Positions 1 to 13,477 are shown, counted from the stretch's first letter. The stretch: DNA of 64,000 bases from Octopus vulgaris (GCA_951406725.2 OX597839.1:24676001-24740000), one strand, 5' to 3'. Translations and numbers: made by a program. Notes: generated by a model from the letters alone, not told the origin.

Positions 1-175
1 TTGTTTCCAATTAATCATGACTTGTCTTATAGCTTCGACATTGCAGATTTCTGATATAGAAGATATATAATTGTTAAAGAGGACAACAAACATGAAGGCA
101 GGGCAAGCATCTCGAGTCATATATGTTATTATTATTGGAAAAAAAAAATTCACATATGTGTATATATATATATAT

Positions 176-410
176 TCTTTTATTCTTTTATTTATTTCAG
201 TCATTTGACTGTGGCCATGCTGGAGCACTACCTTGATATGTTTTAGTTGAACAACTTGAGTGAAAGACTTATTTTTTTTTAAGCCTAGTACATAATCTAT
301 TGGTCTCTTTTGCCAAACTGCTAAGTTACAGGGACGTAAACACACCAACACAGGTTGTCAAGCAGTAATGGGGGGACAAATACAGACACAAGGATACACA
401 CATAGATACA
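176..410 (-). mobile_element. SINE family A, 3' half
   Basis: Reverse complement of the family A 3' region (CCAGCATGGCCACAGTCAAATGACTGAAA) that recurs throughout the window. Confidence 0.8.
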
Positions 411-417
411 TACACAA

Positions 418-484
<67 letters not shown>

Positions 485-650
485 AAATTTAAAGGACTGA
501 CCACTAAAAGTGAACAGTCAATATGCTAGATATAGACGTCAAAATTGCTATTTTCCACGAAGAATGTGTTCTCAAGAAAAAACTCAGCACAAACCAAAGC
601 ATTAAAAATAAGCAAGACAAATGAAAATATACGAAATAAAAAACGATTAC

Positions 651-725
651 CTATGTACTAATTAGTTTCACTTGTTAATATTTACGTATATGTATATGCG
701 AAAATCTGCAAGATCATCAGCATAG
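651..725 (-). ncRNA. Type I hammerhead-ribozyme-like motif, probably in a Penelope-like element remnant
   Basis: Minus strand reads CTATG-CTGATGA-TCTTG..long stem..CAAGT-GAAA-CTAATTAG-TA-CATAG. Helix I is 5 bp, the core boxes are intact and helix III is the palindrome ACTAATTAGT. Position 10.1/11.1 is a U.U mismatch. Confidence 0.6.
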
Positions 726-879
726 TCTGTCATTTACAAACATAATTTCCAGAACTAGATACATAACTTGACCGGAATCCCGCATGCATGTATGTAAAAA
801 TATTTTAATCTTCGGATTTTTTTAATATGCTGGGCCACTGGTTTTAATTGATTAATATCAATTTCTACCCTTATTCATA

Positions 880-948
<69 letters not shown>

Positions 949-2359
949 TATATATATGAGCAGAGGTGGAGTGTGGGGTGGAGGAGGAAGAGCAGACTGG
1001 ACGAGGTAGCAAAAGAAGGCACAGACACCAATTGTGAAGGCAGAAGGAAAAGAAATCCACCAGATGTGAGCAAATGTTGAGAAAATAAATTGTTTCAATA
1101 ATGTCAGATAATTAGTTGAATATAAGGAGTGAAATATGGTAAGGAAATGGTCAAAGGAATATTCCATTATTGGCTGCGTCGATGGTGCTTGAAATGGATT
1201 ACTGTTCTATACAGATCCATCGATTCCACTTGACTTCATTCTGTGATTCTCCAAAATGTCTTCATCTAAGAATGCAAACGATGTTGATGAATGACAATGA
1301 ATTATCGAACGATTACAATAACCGACGATTACAATAACCAACGATTACAACAACCAACACTGTGTCAACGTAGAGGAACAGAATCGCATGAATGAGATGG
1401 TGTGGTCACATATAGTGACATCTCTCGGAGTGGCAGAGACTTGGAGATAATAATTCTTATCACAAAAGGCAGAGACAAGACAATGGATCCAAACCAATTC
1501 AGAAAATGTAGTTATCAGAAATATAATTATCAGAAATAGCTTTATCCTGATCGGGTTCAAATGAGAGTTAGTTTAACAGAATGGTTCTATATAATTGACT
1601 GATGCCAGGGAGATCTTTTATCACAATTAATAGCAGTTTTGTACGATCTAACAGCCGTTTAGATTTGAAGAAATAATATGAAACAGAGAGGACGGGATTT
1701 GTGACGTAGAATTTCGTATTCTGTCGCTCGAAGGTAAGAAGAACATAGAATGGAGTGAGTTCAGAAGACTACATGTGATATGCAAAGAATGGCAACGCTA
1801 TTGCTCGAGGCATTTGGTAAACGCCTGTCTTGGAAGCGAACAATGAAAGCCAAACCATTTAAATGTGTAACGTTGACAATGAAAGTTATGCCAGTTACTT
1901 AATTGGTCTTGTTGTTTGTGACTGTTTACGCTGTGAGCCATTCCAAGAATATATAGTGACGCTAAATTTCTGATTTCCTATCAGTACATCGGTGATTCAA
2001 CATGAAACTGTTTGTAGAGTAAACTCGAGAGCGGTGGCGGCGGCGGCGGAGACAGAGACGGGGGTGGCGGCCGTTTGCATATTTGTTTTGCGCTTGCGGT
2101 GCACTTCGCAGCAAATGAATAAATTTTGGTGCACCTTGGGCAGAAAATAAAAACGAAAACAACAACAAAACAACAACAAAAATCAAGCAAAAATTGTTTT
2201 AAAATGTATTTATGTATTTTGGTTTAAAATACGCATTATTTAAACTAGAGAAAATTATTAATTAATTATATTCTTCTTTATTTAATTATTATATGTGTAC
2301 TTGTTCGTTTAATAGATGAAACCTAATTATCAACATATTAAAATTGTTTTAGTTTATTT

Positions 2360-2850
2360 TCTCTCTCTTGCTTTCTCTCTTTCTCTTCTTAACTGTCTGC
2401 CTCTGCCTTTCTCTCTCCTTACCTCTCTCTCACTCTTGTCTATCTCTCTGTTTCTCTCTGTCTATCTTCTTTTTTCTCTCTCTCTCTCTGCCTATATTTC
2501 TTTTTCACTTGCTGTCTCTCTCTCTCTCTATCTTTCCCTTTCTCTCTTTCTTTCTGCCTCTCTCTGTCTTTTCCTTAGTCACTTAGTCTCTCTCTCTCTC
2601 TCTCTCTGTTTTTCTTTTGCTCTTGTGTGTGTCTGTCTATCACTCTCTATCATTTCCTCTCTGTCTATCTACCAATCTATCTATCTATCTGTCTTTCTCT
2701 CTTTGTCTCTCTTTCCTTCTGTCTATGTTTGCCTCTCTCTCTCTCTCTTTCTCACTTTATTTGTCCGTCTGTCTGTCTCCCTTTCTCCCTTTCTCTCTCT
2801 CTCTCTCTCTCTTGGTATGTCCATCTGTCTTTCTCCTTCTGAATGTCTCT
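2360..2850. repeat. CT-rich low-complexity tract
   Basis: Degenerate (CT)n/(CTAT)n. Confidence 0.9.
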
Positions 2851-2993
2851 GTTATAACTTAATTATCCATAGTCTGATATAATAATAATATTTTAGAATA
2901 CAAAAAATTCCTTCTTCAGATATTGCTAGGAATTGATCAAGTCACTGCTAAGATCGGTTTTCTAATGGTTACAATAATCTCATATATATATAT

Positions 2994-3177
2994 GACTTTC
3001 GGAAACATTTCTTCACGCTCAGAGTTGCTGAAGCATGGAATAAACTGCCTGCGTCAGTTGTTGACTGCCATGACACTGCATCCTTTAAGGCCCTCAAGCT
3101 TTCCGAAATCCGCCAAAACTACACCTGATTATATATACACTTTAGATGAGTTGTAGTGCACCTGAGCACTGTACACA

Positions 3178-3200
<23 letters not shown>
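2994..3200 (+). mobile_element. CR1-clade LINE 3' end fragment with (TTA)n tail
   Basis: Translates FRKHFFTLRVAEAWNKLPASVV, the FF.RV...WN.LP motif at the end of CR1 ORF2, followed by a short UTR and (TTA)n. Confidence 0.75.
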
Positions 3201-3210
<10 letters not shown>

Positions 3211-3257
3211 TATACACATACATACATGCATGCATGCTGACAGACAAACAGACAGAC

Positions 3258-3587
3258 ATGGGGATTACTCAAAAGGTCATGGCTTTGGGTAAAAAGAAAC
3301 AGAGGGGAATCAGTTAATTATGATTTCATTAGACATATCCCCCACCACCACCTCAGATTCTTACACTTATTGCTGTGGTCCTTCAGTTTTTGTAAGCCCT
3401 GTAAAAGGGCTCAGAAGGTTGGGCCTCCAACCAAGCCTTTCACGATACCCTTAAAGATAGGAACTTTCCAGCAACCCCTCATATATATGCATTCATATAT
3501 ATATATATATGAGGGTGCACTGAAAGGTTCCTGGCCTTGGATAAAAGAAAGTAGAGGAGGATCAGTTAATTATGATTTTATTCAACA
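3258..3587 (-). mobile_element. Mariner-derived non-autonomous element (3258-3481) plus the start of a second copy (3508-3587)
   Basis: Degenerate TIRs of type TA-GAGGGG..GCTG(G/A)AAAGTTCC. Internal minus-strand GLQKLKDHSNKCKNLR resembles a mariner transposase C-terminus. Confidence 0.6.
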
Positions 3588-3985
3588 GGAGTGGCTGTGT
3601 GGTAAGTAGCTTGCTTAGCAACCACGTGGTTCCGGGTTCAGTCCCACTGCATGGCATCTTGGGCAAGTGTCTTCCATTATAGCCTCAGGCTGACCAAATT
3701 CCTTGTGAGTGGATTTGGTAGATGGAAACTGAAAGAACCCTGACGTATATATATGTGTATGTGTGTGTGTGTGTATGTGTGTGTGTGTTTGTCCCCCTAG
3801 CATTGCTTGATAACCGATGCTGGTGTGTTTATATCCCCGTCACTTAGCGGTTCGGCAAAAGAGACCGATAGAATAAGTACTGGGCTTACAAAGAATAAGT
3901 CCCGGAGTCGATTTGCTTGACTAAAAGGCGGTGCTCCAGCATGGCCGCAGTCAAATGACTGAAACAAATAAAAGAGAAAAGAGAG
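3586..3985 (+). mobile_element. SINE family A (tRNA-derived, CORE-like domain, internal TA/TG microsatellite)
   Basis: A box TGGCTGTGTGG, B-box-like GGTTCAGTCCC, CORE-like CTTGGGCAAGTG and an AAAGAG tail. More than 20 copies or fragments in the window. Probably one of the octopus OK/OR SINE families; exact name not assigned. Confidence 0.85.
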
Positions 3986-4004
3986 AAAGAGACATATATA
4001 TATG

Positions 4005-4584
4005 AAATCGAAATTGAATTCAAAATCGAACCAAATTCGACTGGCACCCATGCCAACCCTCCTTCATTGGACACTAAACTCTGCTTGCGAAGACCTGTTG
4101 GGGCAAGTGAAATCAAAATTGAACCAAATTCGATGACTGGCACCTGTGCCAGTCATGCACTAACGACTCCATCTGAGCAGGATCACTGCCAGAGCCGCTG
4201 TCTGGCTTCCATGCCGGTGGCACATAAAGAGCACCATTTGAGCATGATCGTTACCAGTGTCACCTTACTGGCACTTGTGCCGGTGGTACGTGAACAAAAC
4301 ATTCGAGCGAGGTCACTGCCAGGGCCGCTGGACTGACTCCTGTGCATGTAAAAAACACCATTTGAGCGTGGCCGTTGCCAGTACCGCCAGACTGGCCCTC
4401 ATGCAGGTGGCATGTAAAAGCACCCGCTACACTCTCGGAGTGGTTGGCGTTAGGAAGGGCATCCAGCTGTAGAAACTCTGCCATATCAGATTGGAGCCTG
4501 GTGCAGCCATCTGGTTCACCAGACCTCAATCAAATCATCCAACCCATGCTAGCATGGAAAGTGGATGTTAAGTGATGATGATGA

Positions 4585-4588
<4 letters not shown>
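4005..4588 (+). mobile_element. SINE family C with (GAT)n tail
   Basis: Conserved block GGTTGGCGTTAGGAAGGGCATCCAGCTGTAGAAA (Meta-SINE-like, from memory) ending in (GAT)n; about 10 copies in the window. Confidence 0.75.
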
Positions 4589-4667
<79 letters not shown>

Positions 4668-4673
<6 letters not shown>

Positions 4674-5560
4674 CATCCCATAAACAATGCGGTTTTTTAT
4701 ACTTCATTTATTTTTCAAAATTAGGATAAACAAAGTTCTTTTTTAATCTAAAATATACTCTCCCTTATTTTCTACAATGATCTTCCATCTAGCTGGTAGA
4801 CTTGCAAGGGCCCTCTTCCAAAATTCTTCTCCGGTACTGTTCTGATCTTGTCTAAATAATTCATATTTTTTCCATCCAAATGATTTTGAAGACTGCGGAA
4901 TAAATGATATTCAAATGGGGCAATGTCCAGCAAATGTGGTGGGTGGGGCATCGTTTCCCATTCAAACTGCTCCAGTCTTTGGAATGTCATCCTCGCTTTA
5001 TGTGGCTGAGCATTATCCTGATGGAAGAACACCTTCTGTCTTGAAACCAAAGATGGTCATTTTTCTTCTAGCACTGACTTGAATAACTGTTTGAATGGCC
5101 AAATCTAAGCTTCTCTGCTAGTTCCTCAACAGTTATGATGGGATTTTGTCCCACCAAGGTTTGTAGGACATCTCCATTGAGCTCTACAGATCTCCTAAGA
5201 CGAGCTTTATCTTCTAGGCTGTAGCTTCTCGCTTGGAATTTCAGGAACCACCATTGACACTGGCTTGCGCTTATTGTCCAATCCCCATATACTGCATTCC
5301 TCGCATTTTCCATTGCATTGCTGCCTTTAATTGAACTCATAAAGCAAAATATGCCAAATATGGTCCTTTGTCACTTCCCTTATAGCTTTGAAAAAATAAC
5401 TGTGAAAATCCAATTGTACTCTTCAAAACTTGCACTAAGAATAAGCACAAGGTAAAATTGCTATCTGCTTTTACAGCAAGTTGATACAGGTAGTTTAACC
5501 CAACCCTCTCTGACTTTTAATTTATGCAATTGAAAAACCTGCATTATTTATGGGATGACC

Positions 5561-5563
<3 letters not shown>
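4668..5563 (-). mobile_element. Internally deleted mariner (Tc1/mariner) transposon with transposase pseudogene
   Basis: TIRs TAGGGTCATCCCATAAACAATGC and GCATTATTTATGGGATGACCCAA. Fragments HQDNAQPH, PHPPH..DIAP..YHLFRSLQN and WFLKFQ..YSLED, broken by stops, frameshifts and a central deletion. Confidence 0.9.
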
Positions 5564-5630
<67 letters not shown>

Positions 5631-5850
5631 GTACCTTGTTTTTCTGTTGTAAATAATGTTTTTCCCGTTTTCGTCTCTGTCTTTCTGTTGTAACAAAATG
5701 GCTTTTCCGTTTTCGTTTCTGTTGAGTTCTACGTCTTTTTGTGGTGTCCTGTACCTACGTATATATATATTTATATATGCATGTATATATACATGTAGAT
5801 GTCGGTACGTACATATATGTTTGTATGTATGCATATATTTTATTTCTTCC

Positions 5851-5913
<63 letters not shown>

Positions 5914-6470
5914 GTGCCACACAGTGGGATTGAGCCTGGGACCATGTGGTTGGGAAGCAAGCTTCTTACTGTGCAGGCATGCCTACACATTTATAGATAT
6001 ATATAGTTGATTATGATGATGATGATGATGATAAATGTACATGAAAATACAAGTCAGTATTTATGTCTATATATATATATATATATACACATATATATAT
6101 ATATATATTGCATTGTGTTTATAATATATGTAACATAATAACACAATAATGAAGAACAGTTACAATAAAAAAGCCAAGCTGGAAAAATGTCTCTGCTGTT
6201 GTTCTTGTTGTTGTTGTTTGTTTGTTTTTTTTGTTGTTGATTGTGTGTTCTAACTTGATTTCCCATGAGGCTTTGCAACAAATGAAGTATGGCCTCCTCT
6301 GATTCACAAGTTCAGATGTAAATCTCTTTCGCAAAATATTAAAATGATGGCTGATCTAAAACAATCATTTTAGCAGCTTGTCAGTTTAGATATCAAACAA
6401 TAATATTGGTTCGGCTATTGATAAGGAACGGGGAAAAATCTCCGTTACACCCTCACCATCGCCACCATCA

Positions 6471-6510
<40 letters not shown>

Positions 6511-6605
6511 TCTGGAACATTCTGGAAAGTGATATTTGAAATGATATCCAATTATTCTCATTCAGGTTTATCTCCATCTCTTCTGTATACATACATACAT
6601 ATGTC

Positions 6606-7105
<500 letters not shown>

Positions 7106-7423
7106 AAAAAAAAATATATACATATACATACAATACACATACATATATATATATATACACACACATATATACACACATTCCGGGTGTGTGCTTATCTCCT
7201 TCACTTCATTTATATCTCTCCACCTTTAATACAAGTCTTGTACAAATTCTGTGATTCTCTCAGAGCTGTAACATATCCATGTTTTTTTTTTCCTCTCTCC
7301 CTTTTCTGTTCCAACACATCTCTCTGTTTGTTAATATAATTTCTTACTTACCTATCTGGTCTCTCACCTACCCACCCACCCACCTACCTACCTACCTACT
7401 TCCCCATATATACATATGTATAA

Positions 7424-7466
<43 letters not shown>

Positions 7467-7609
7467 CACATATACATACATACATACCTACACAAATAGG
7501 TATATATATATATATATATATGTATATTTATATACACATATACATACCTACACGAATAGGTATATATATATATATATATATATAGTTATAAATATTTGTG
7601 TGTGTGTAT

Positions 7610-7901
7610 ATATGTATCTATCTACCCTCTATGTATACATCTACCTGTCAGTCTGTTTGTCTGCCTGACTGTCTATCTATCTCTCTATTTCTCTATTTAT
7701 CCACCCACCAACCTACATATCTATCCATCTATCTATCTAGCTATCTATTTATTTATCTATCTATGTTTCTATCTATCTATCAATCTATCTTTATCTATCT
7801 ATCTATATCTATCCATCCATCTATCTACATACCTATCTATCTATCCATCTATCTATCTATCTATCTATCTGTCTGTCTATCTATCTATCTATCTACCTGT
7901 A

Positions 7902-7994
<93 letters not shown>

Positions 7995-8090
7995 TTACCT
8001 ATCAATTTATCTATCTAACAATGTATCTGTCTACCTGTATGCCTGACAGCCTGCCTGCCTATCCATCCATCCATCCACCCACCCACCTCC
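7610..8090. repeat. (CTAT)n/(GATA)n tetranucleotide tract
   Basis: Direct reading. Confidence 0.9.
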
Positions 8091-8661
8091 CGCTATGTTT
8101 GTCAACTTATTTATATCTCCCCATATATATATACATATATATATTTCTTATACACCTGACTGCTCGGTTAAACAACTCCTTGTCCATCATTCCTCTATCA
8201 ATAAAACTATTTACCTGGCTTATACATGTTTGTCTCACTGAGCAAATATTAATCTTATCGTCCTATCTTTTCTGCATCCATGTCCTACATCAAGTGGTCC
8301 TCCATGAATCTGCAACTGCTCGCGCGTCCCTCAGTCACACCCTCTCTCATGTATATTACACACACACACGCTAATAGACACACGCCTGCATGCATGCGTA
8401 TATATATACACACACGTGTGTGTGCATGCGCGTATGTATACTCGCACACACACATAAAAACACACATGTATACATGTATGCACAGGCATATACACATATA
8501 TACACACATATACACGCACACATATATACATACACACACACACACACATATATACACATATACATACACACATACATACACACATATAAACACTTATACA
8601 CACACACACACATATATACACATGATGATGATGATACATACACACACAAACATATAAACAT

Positions 8662-8693
<32 letters not shown>

Positions 8694-8729
8694 GCAAACA
8701 TACAAATATATATGTATTTATATAAATAT

Positions 8730-8963
8730 ATATTTCTTTACTGCCCACAAGGGGCTAAACATAGAAGGGACGAACAAGGACAGACAAAGGGATTAAGTCG
8801 ATTACATCGACACCAGTGCGTAACTGGTACTTAATTTATCGACCCCGAAAGGATGAAAGGCAAAGTCGACCTCGGCGGATTTTGAACCCAAAACACTTAA
8901 TGGCAGACGAAATACGGCTAAGCATTTCGCCCGGCGTGCTAACGTTTCTACCAGCTCGCCGCC
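8730..8963 (-). mobile_element. SINE family B (tRNA-derived, Nin/Deu-like domain)
   Basis: Head GGCGGCGAGCTGGTAGAAACG, B box GGTTCAAAATCC, central GCCTTTCATCCTTTCGGGGTCGATAAATTAAGTACCAG, 3' end AAAGAAATA. Confidence 0.85.
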
Positions 8964-8976
8964 CTAAATATAAATA

Positions 8977-9141
8977 GGCGCAGGAGTGGCTGTGTGGTAA
9001 GTAGCTTGCTAACCAACCAAATGGTTCCAGGTTCAGTCCCACTGCGTGGCATCTTGGGCAAGTGTCTTCTGCTATTGCCCCCGGCCGACCAATGCCTTGT
9101 GAGTGGATTTAGTAGACGGAAACTGAAAGAAACCTGTCGTA

Positions 9142-9194
<53 letters not shown>

Positions 9195-9410
9195 GTGTTT
9201 GTGTGTCTGTGTTTGTCCCCCCAACATTGCTTGACAACCGATGCTGGTGTGTTTATGTCCCCGTCACTTAGTGGTTCGGCAAAAAAGAGACCGATAGAAT
9301 AAGTACTGGGCTTACAAAGATTAAGTCCCGGGGTCGAGTTGCTCGATTAAAGGTGGTGCTCCAGCATGGCCGCAGTCAAATGACTGAAACAAGTAAAAGA
9401 GAAAGAGAGA
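8977..9410 (+). mobile_element. SINE family A, full length
   Basis: Matches the family A consensus from GGCGCAGGAG to the AAAGAG tail. Confidence 0.9.
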
Positions 9411-9689
9411 AAAGAGAATACACACATACATATACATATTCATACCTATACATACATGCATACATATACACACACACACACATCTCCCTATTATTTCTCT
9501 GCTAATTTCTTTGACCAATTTCTTAAAAGTCTTTTTCACTAATATTTCTGTTCCCTTCTCTCTCACTCGCCATTAAACCCTCCCCCTCTCTTTCATTTCT
9601 TGCTTTTACACTCCACCCTCTCTCTCTCATCCCTCCTCCTCTTCCTCTGACTCAACTCGTCTTGTTCTCTTCTTTCCTCAGATATCATC

Positions 9690-10054
9690 CTTTATTCTTT
9701 CTTTTATTGGTTTCCGTCATTTGATTGTGGCCATGCTGCAGCACCGCCCTTTAGTCGAGCAAATCGACCCCAGGACTTATTCCTTTTGTAAGCCTAGTAC
9801 TTTTCTTATCGGTCTCTTTTGCCGAACCACTAAGTTACAGGTACATAAACGCACCAGCATATACATACAAACACACACACACACACATATATACGATGGT
9901 CTTCTTTCAGTTTCTGTCAACCGAATCCACTCACAAGGCTTTGGTCGGCCCGAGGCTATAGTAGAAGACACTTGCCCAAGGTGCCATGCAGTGGGACTGA
10001 ACCCAGAACCGTGTGACTGGGAAGCAAACTTCTTACCACACAGCCACTCCTGCA

Positions 10055-10098
<44 letters not shown>

Positions 10099-10245
10099 TA
10101 TGATAGGCTTCTTTCAGTTTCCATCTATCAAATTCACTCACAAGGCTTTGGTCGGCCTGAGGCTATAGCAGAAGACACTTGCCCAAGGTGCCATGCAGTG
10201 GGACTGAACCTGGAACCATGTGGTTGAGAAGCCACTCCTCTGCCT
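9690..10245 (-). mobile_element. SINE family A full copy (9690-10056) plus a 5'-half copy (10100-10245)
   Basis: Reverse complement of family A. Confidence 0.85.
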
Positions 10246-10619
10246 GCCCATCACCATTCTCTATTCTCCCCACCCTCGTCAACCTCATCCCCCAACACTG
10301 CCATCTCTGCTCCATTCACACCTCTCTCCTTATTCTATACTCTCCCTTCTCCTCCCTCCCATTCCTCCCACCCCTTACTCTCTCGTATGTTCCTTCACAC
10401 TTTTCTCTCTACATTCTCTTCTCCCCCCACCCCTTTATTTTCTCATGGCTTCTGTTCCCCACCCTCCCAATGGACACAGCCCCTCCCCCCACAGTTTAAC
10501 ACAACTGTTCTTTCTTTCTTTCTTTCTTTCTTTCTTTCCTTTCTTCCCCTCTTTAATTTATAAATTTGTAAATCTCATCTCGGTCTTTCAACCATGAAAC
10601 AATTGATGAAAAATCAATC

Positions 10620-11432
10620 ACACACACACATGCACACACATACACATGTGCACATGCACACACGCATACACACGCATACACATGCACACATGCATACACA
10701 CACAAACACATGCACACATGCATACACATGCACACACGCATACACATGCACACACGCATACACGCACACACATGCACACACGCATACACATGCAGTTATG
10801 CAATACAAACACATGCACACATTGTCATGCACACACACATGCACACATGCATAAGGACACACACACATGCAGTTATGCACATACAAACACACTCACATGC
10901 ATGTGCACGTGCACACACATGCATGCACATACACAAACATGCAGACATACACACGACACACACATGCCTATGTACACAGAGATGCACATGCACCCATGCA
11001 CACACACATGTGCACATGCACATACACACACACATGCACATATATACACACACGTGCACATATACACACACCCGTGCACATATACACACACACATGCACA
11101 TATACACACACACATGCACATATACACACACATGCACATGTACATATACACACACGTGCACATATACACACACACGTGCACATACACATATACACACACA
11201 CGTGCACATATACACACACACATGTGCACATGCACATATACACACACACACGTGCACATGCACATATACACACACACTTCCCATCGCCATCATTGTCATA
11301 GTTTCCATCTTCACACATATACACACACACACACGTGCACATGCACACACACACACGTGCACATGCACATACACACACACACACTTCCCATCGCCATCGC
11401 TGTCATGGTTTCCATCTTCACACATATACACA
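10620..11432. repeat. CA/CATG degenerate satellite with a terminal ~110-bp duplication
   Basis: (CACACATG)n-like; the block CTTCCCATCGCCATC..GTTTCCATCTTCACAC occurs twice. Confidence 0.9.
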
Positions 11433-11499
11433 CAAACTTCATTCGGCCAAATTCTCTCCTCCCAGATGCTTCTCCTGTTGTCAACCCCGTTTCCAAGCA

Positions 11500-11725
11500 A
11501 GATAACATTCCCCTTCTCCGAGTAGGGCGCTGGCTGAACCATTAGCACGCTAGGCAAAAGCCTTACTCACTTTCATCCATCTTGACATTCTGAGTTCAAA
11601 TCCTGTTGAGGTCATTTTTACCTTTTATCCTTTCAGGGGCACTAAAATAGGCAACACTTGAACACTGGGGTTGCTCTAATCAACTTACACCACTCTCCTG
11701 AAATTGCTGGCCTTGTGCCAAAATT

Positions 11726-11756
<31 letters not shown>

Positions 11757-11975
11757 TTAAAGCGGAGAGATAGCAGAATCGTTAGCATGCCGGGTGAAAT
11801 GCTTAGTAGTATTTCGCCCATCGCTATGGTCTGAGTTCAAATTCTGCCAAGGTGGACTTTGTTTTTCATCCTTTCGGGGTCGATAAATTAAGTACCAGTC
11901 AGTCAAGTACTGGTGCCAATGTAATCAATATTCCCTTCCCCCAAAATTTCAGGCCTTGGGCCTATAGCAGAAAGG
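11500..11975 (+). mobile_element. Two diverged SINE family B-related copies
   Basis: TGAGTTCAAAT B boxes and TTTCATCCTTTCGGGGTCGATAAA-like cores. Confidence 0.7.
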
Positions 11976-11999
11976 ATGGTCGTCGTCATCATCATCATC

Positions 12000-13445
12000 T
12001 TCTTCTTCTTTCAATTCTGTTTCCATTTCTTGCCAAGTGTCTTCCTGACACCTAGGGCAGAGAAACTCACTATACACATTGGTAGGCCAAAATTCACGGA
12101 AACAATACTTTTCTCAATATGTGTGACTTACCAGTTAAGACAATCTTTTGCACTTCCTGCATGGATGGTAAGCCAGGGATCATTCTTAGATAATTTTCAG
12201 TTCCTTTTTTGATCATTCCAAGTGCTCCTACAATTATTGGTATTGTAACCGTCTTGAGATGCCACATCTTTTCAATTTCGATTAGCAAATCTTTATATTT
12301 TCTGAGCTTATCAAATTCTTTTGCTGAGATATTATGGTCCCATGTCAATCAATAAAGAGACTGGTTTATTAGCTTTGATGCTCCAGTCTGTACATATTGG
12401 GAGGCCCCAAAGAATAGTTACATTTTCTCCCTCAGTTACAGCCTTGTACCATTTGTCAGCAGGTTTGATTTTATAATGCCGACACTGTAGCCACTGATGG
12501 GTGTGCTTCTGGTCTACATCAGCTTGTTTGCTACGGGCCACACATTTGCCAAGCAGAAGATTTTGTTCCCGCCTATCAACCAATTATTCAAATGCATTTT
12601 GTTTTGCTATTGACTTCACATTCTTTTTATAACAGTTACTCTCTCTCTCTCTCTTTTTACTCTTTTACTTGTTTCAGTCATTTGACTGCGGCCATGTTGG
12701 AGCACCGCCTTTAGTCGAGCAAATCAACCCCGGGACTTATTCTTTGGAAGCCCAGTACTCATTCTATCGGTCTCTTTTGCCGAACCGCTAAGTAACGGGG
12801 ACGTAAACACACCAGCATCGGTTGTCAAGCAATGCTAGGGGGACAAACACAGACACACAAACACACACACACATATACATATATATATACATATATATAC
12901 GACAGGCTTCTTTCAGTTTCCGTCTACCAAATCCACTCACAAGGCATTGGTCGGCCTGGGGCTATAGCAGAAGACACTTGCCCAAGATGCCACGCAGTGG
13001 GACTGAACCCGGAACCATGTGGTTGGTTAGCAAGCTACTTACCACACAGCCACTCCTGCGCCTTCCATCATGTTGTTCAACCTGGGTATTATGTATAAAC
13101 TCACTTGAAAATTCTTTGTTCTCCTTCATAACAGAATGAAGCTCCTTACATCTTTCATGGTTTTCAATGAGCTGTAGCATCCAGTCATTAGATTCTTCAG
13201 GATATTTTGCTAGTCTAATTGTGGTGGTTTTGTCAGACATTTCAAATTGGATCAAGCCTCAACTTCCTTGAGTTCTGGGTAAGTAAAGACTATCTCCATC
13301 TGCCTTTGGGTGGTGCATCTTATTGCAAGGCAGCAGCTTACAGATTTTCTTGTCAATCTTACTTATTTCACTCATGTTCCAGTTCAACATATTGAAACTG
13401 TAAATAACAACTGGACTTCTTAAGGAATTTATAGCTAACACCTTC
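12000..13445 (-). mobile_element. R4/Dong-like non-LTR retrotransposon 3' fragment with restriction-like endonuclease domain; pseudogenised and interrupted by a SINE
   Basis: KMHHPKAD..LYLPRTQG; W..PI.TD..IKANKP..LLID; KE.DKL.KYKDL.IEI.KMW..KT..IPIIVGALG; QKIVL.G..HILRKVL. These match PD-(D/E)xK RLE motifs of R4-clade elements. Confidence 0.8.
12655..13063 (-). mobile_element. SINE family A nested in the R4-like LINE
   Basis: Full-length reverse copy. Confidence 0.9.
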
Positions 13446-13477
13446 TTCTTCTTATTATTATTATTATTATTGAGAGT

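Noticed and set aside
1962-2186. 74-aa ORF with a signal-peptide-like start (MIFVVVLLLFSFLFSAQG)
   Set aside because: Starts at TTG rather than ATG, the hydrophobic stretch comes from a (TTG)n/T-rich tract, and no domain is recognisable
9660-9700. Polypyrimidine tract plus CAG resembling a splice acceptor
   Set aside because: Leads straight into a SINE tail with no coding frame or donor site
12822-13139. Recurrent ORFs such as RLPNPLTRHWSARGYSRRHLPK and QIHSQGFGRPEAIVEDTCPRCHAVGLNPEPCGW
   Set aside because: Translations of family A SINE sequence recurring at each copy, not a gene family
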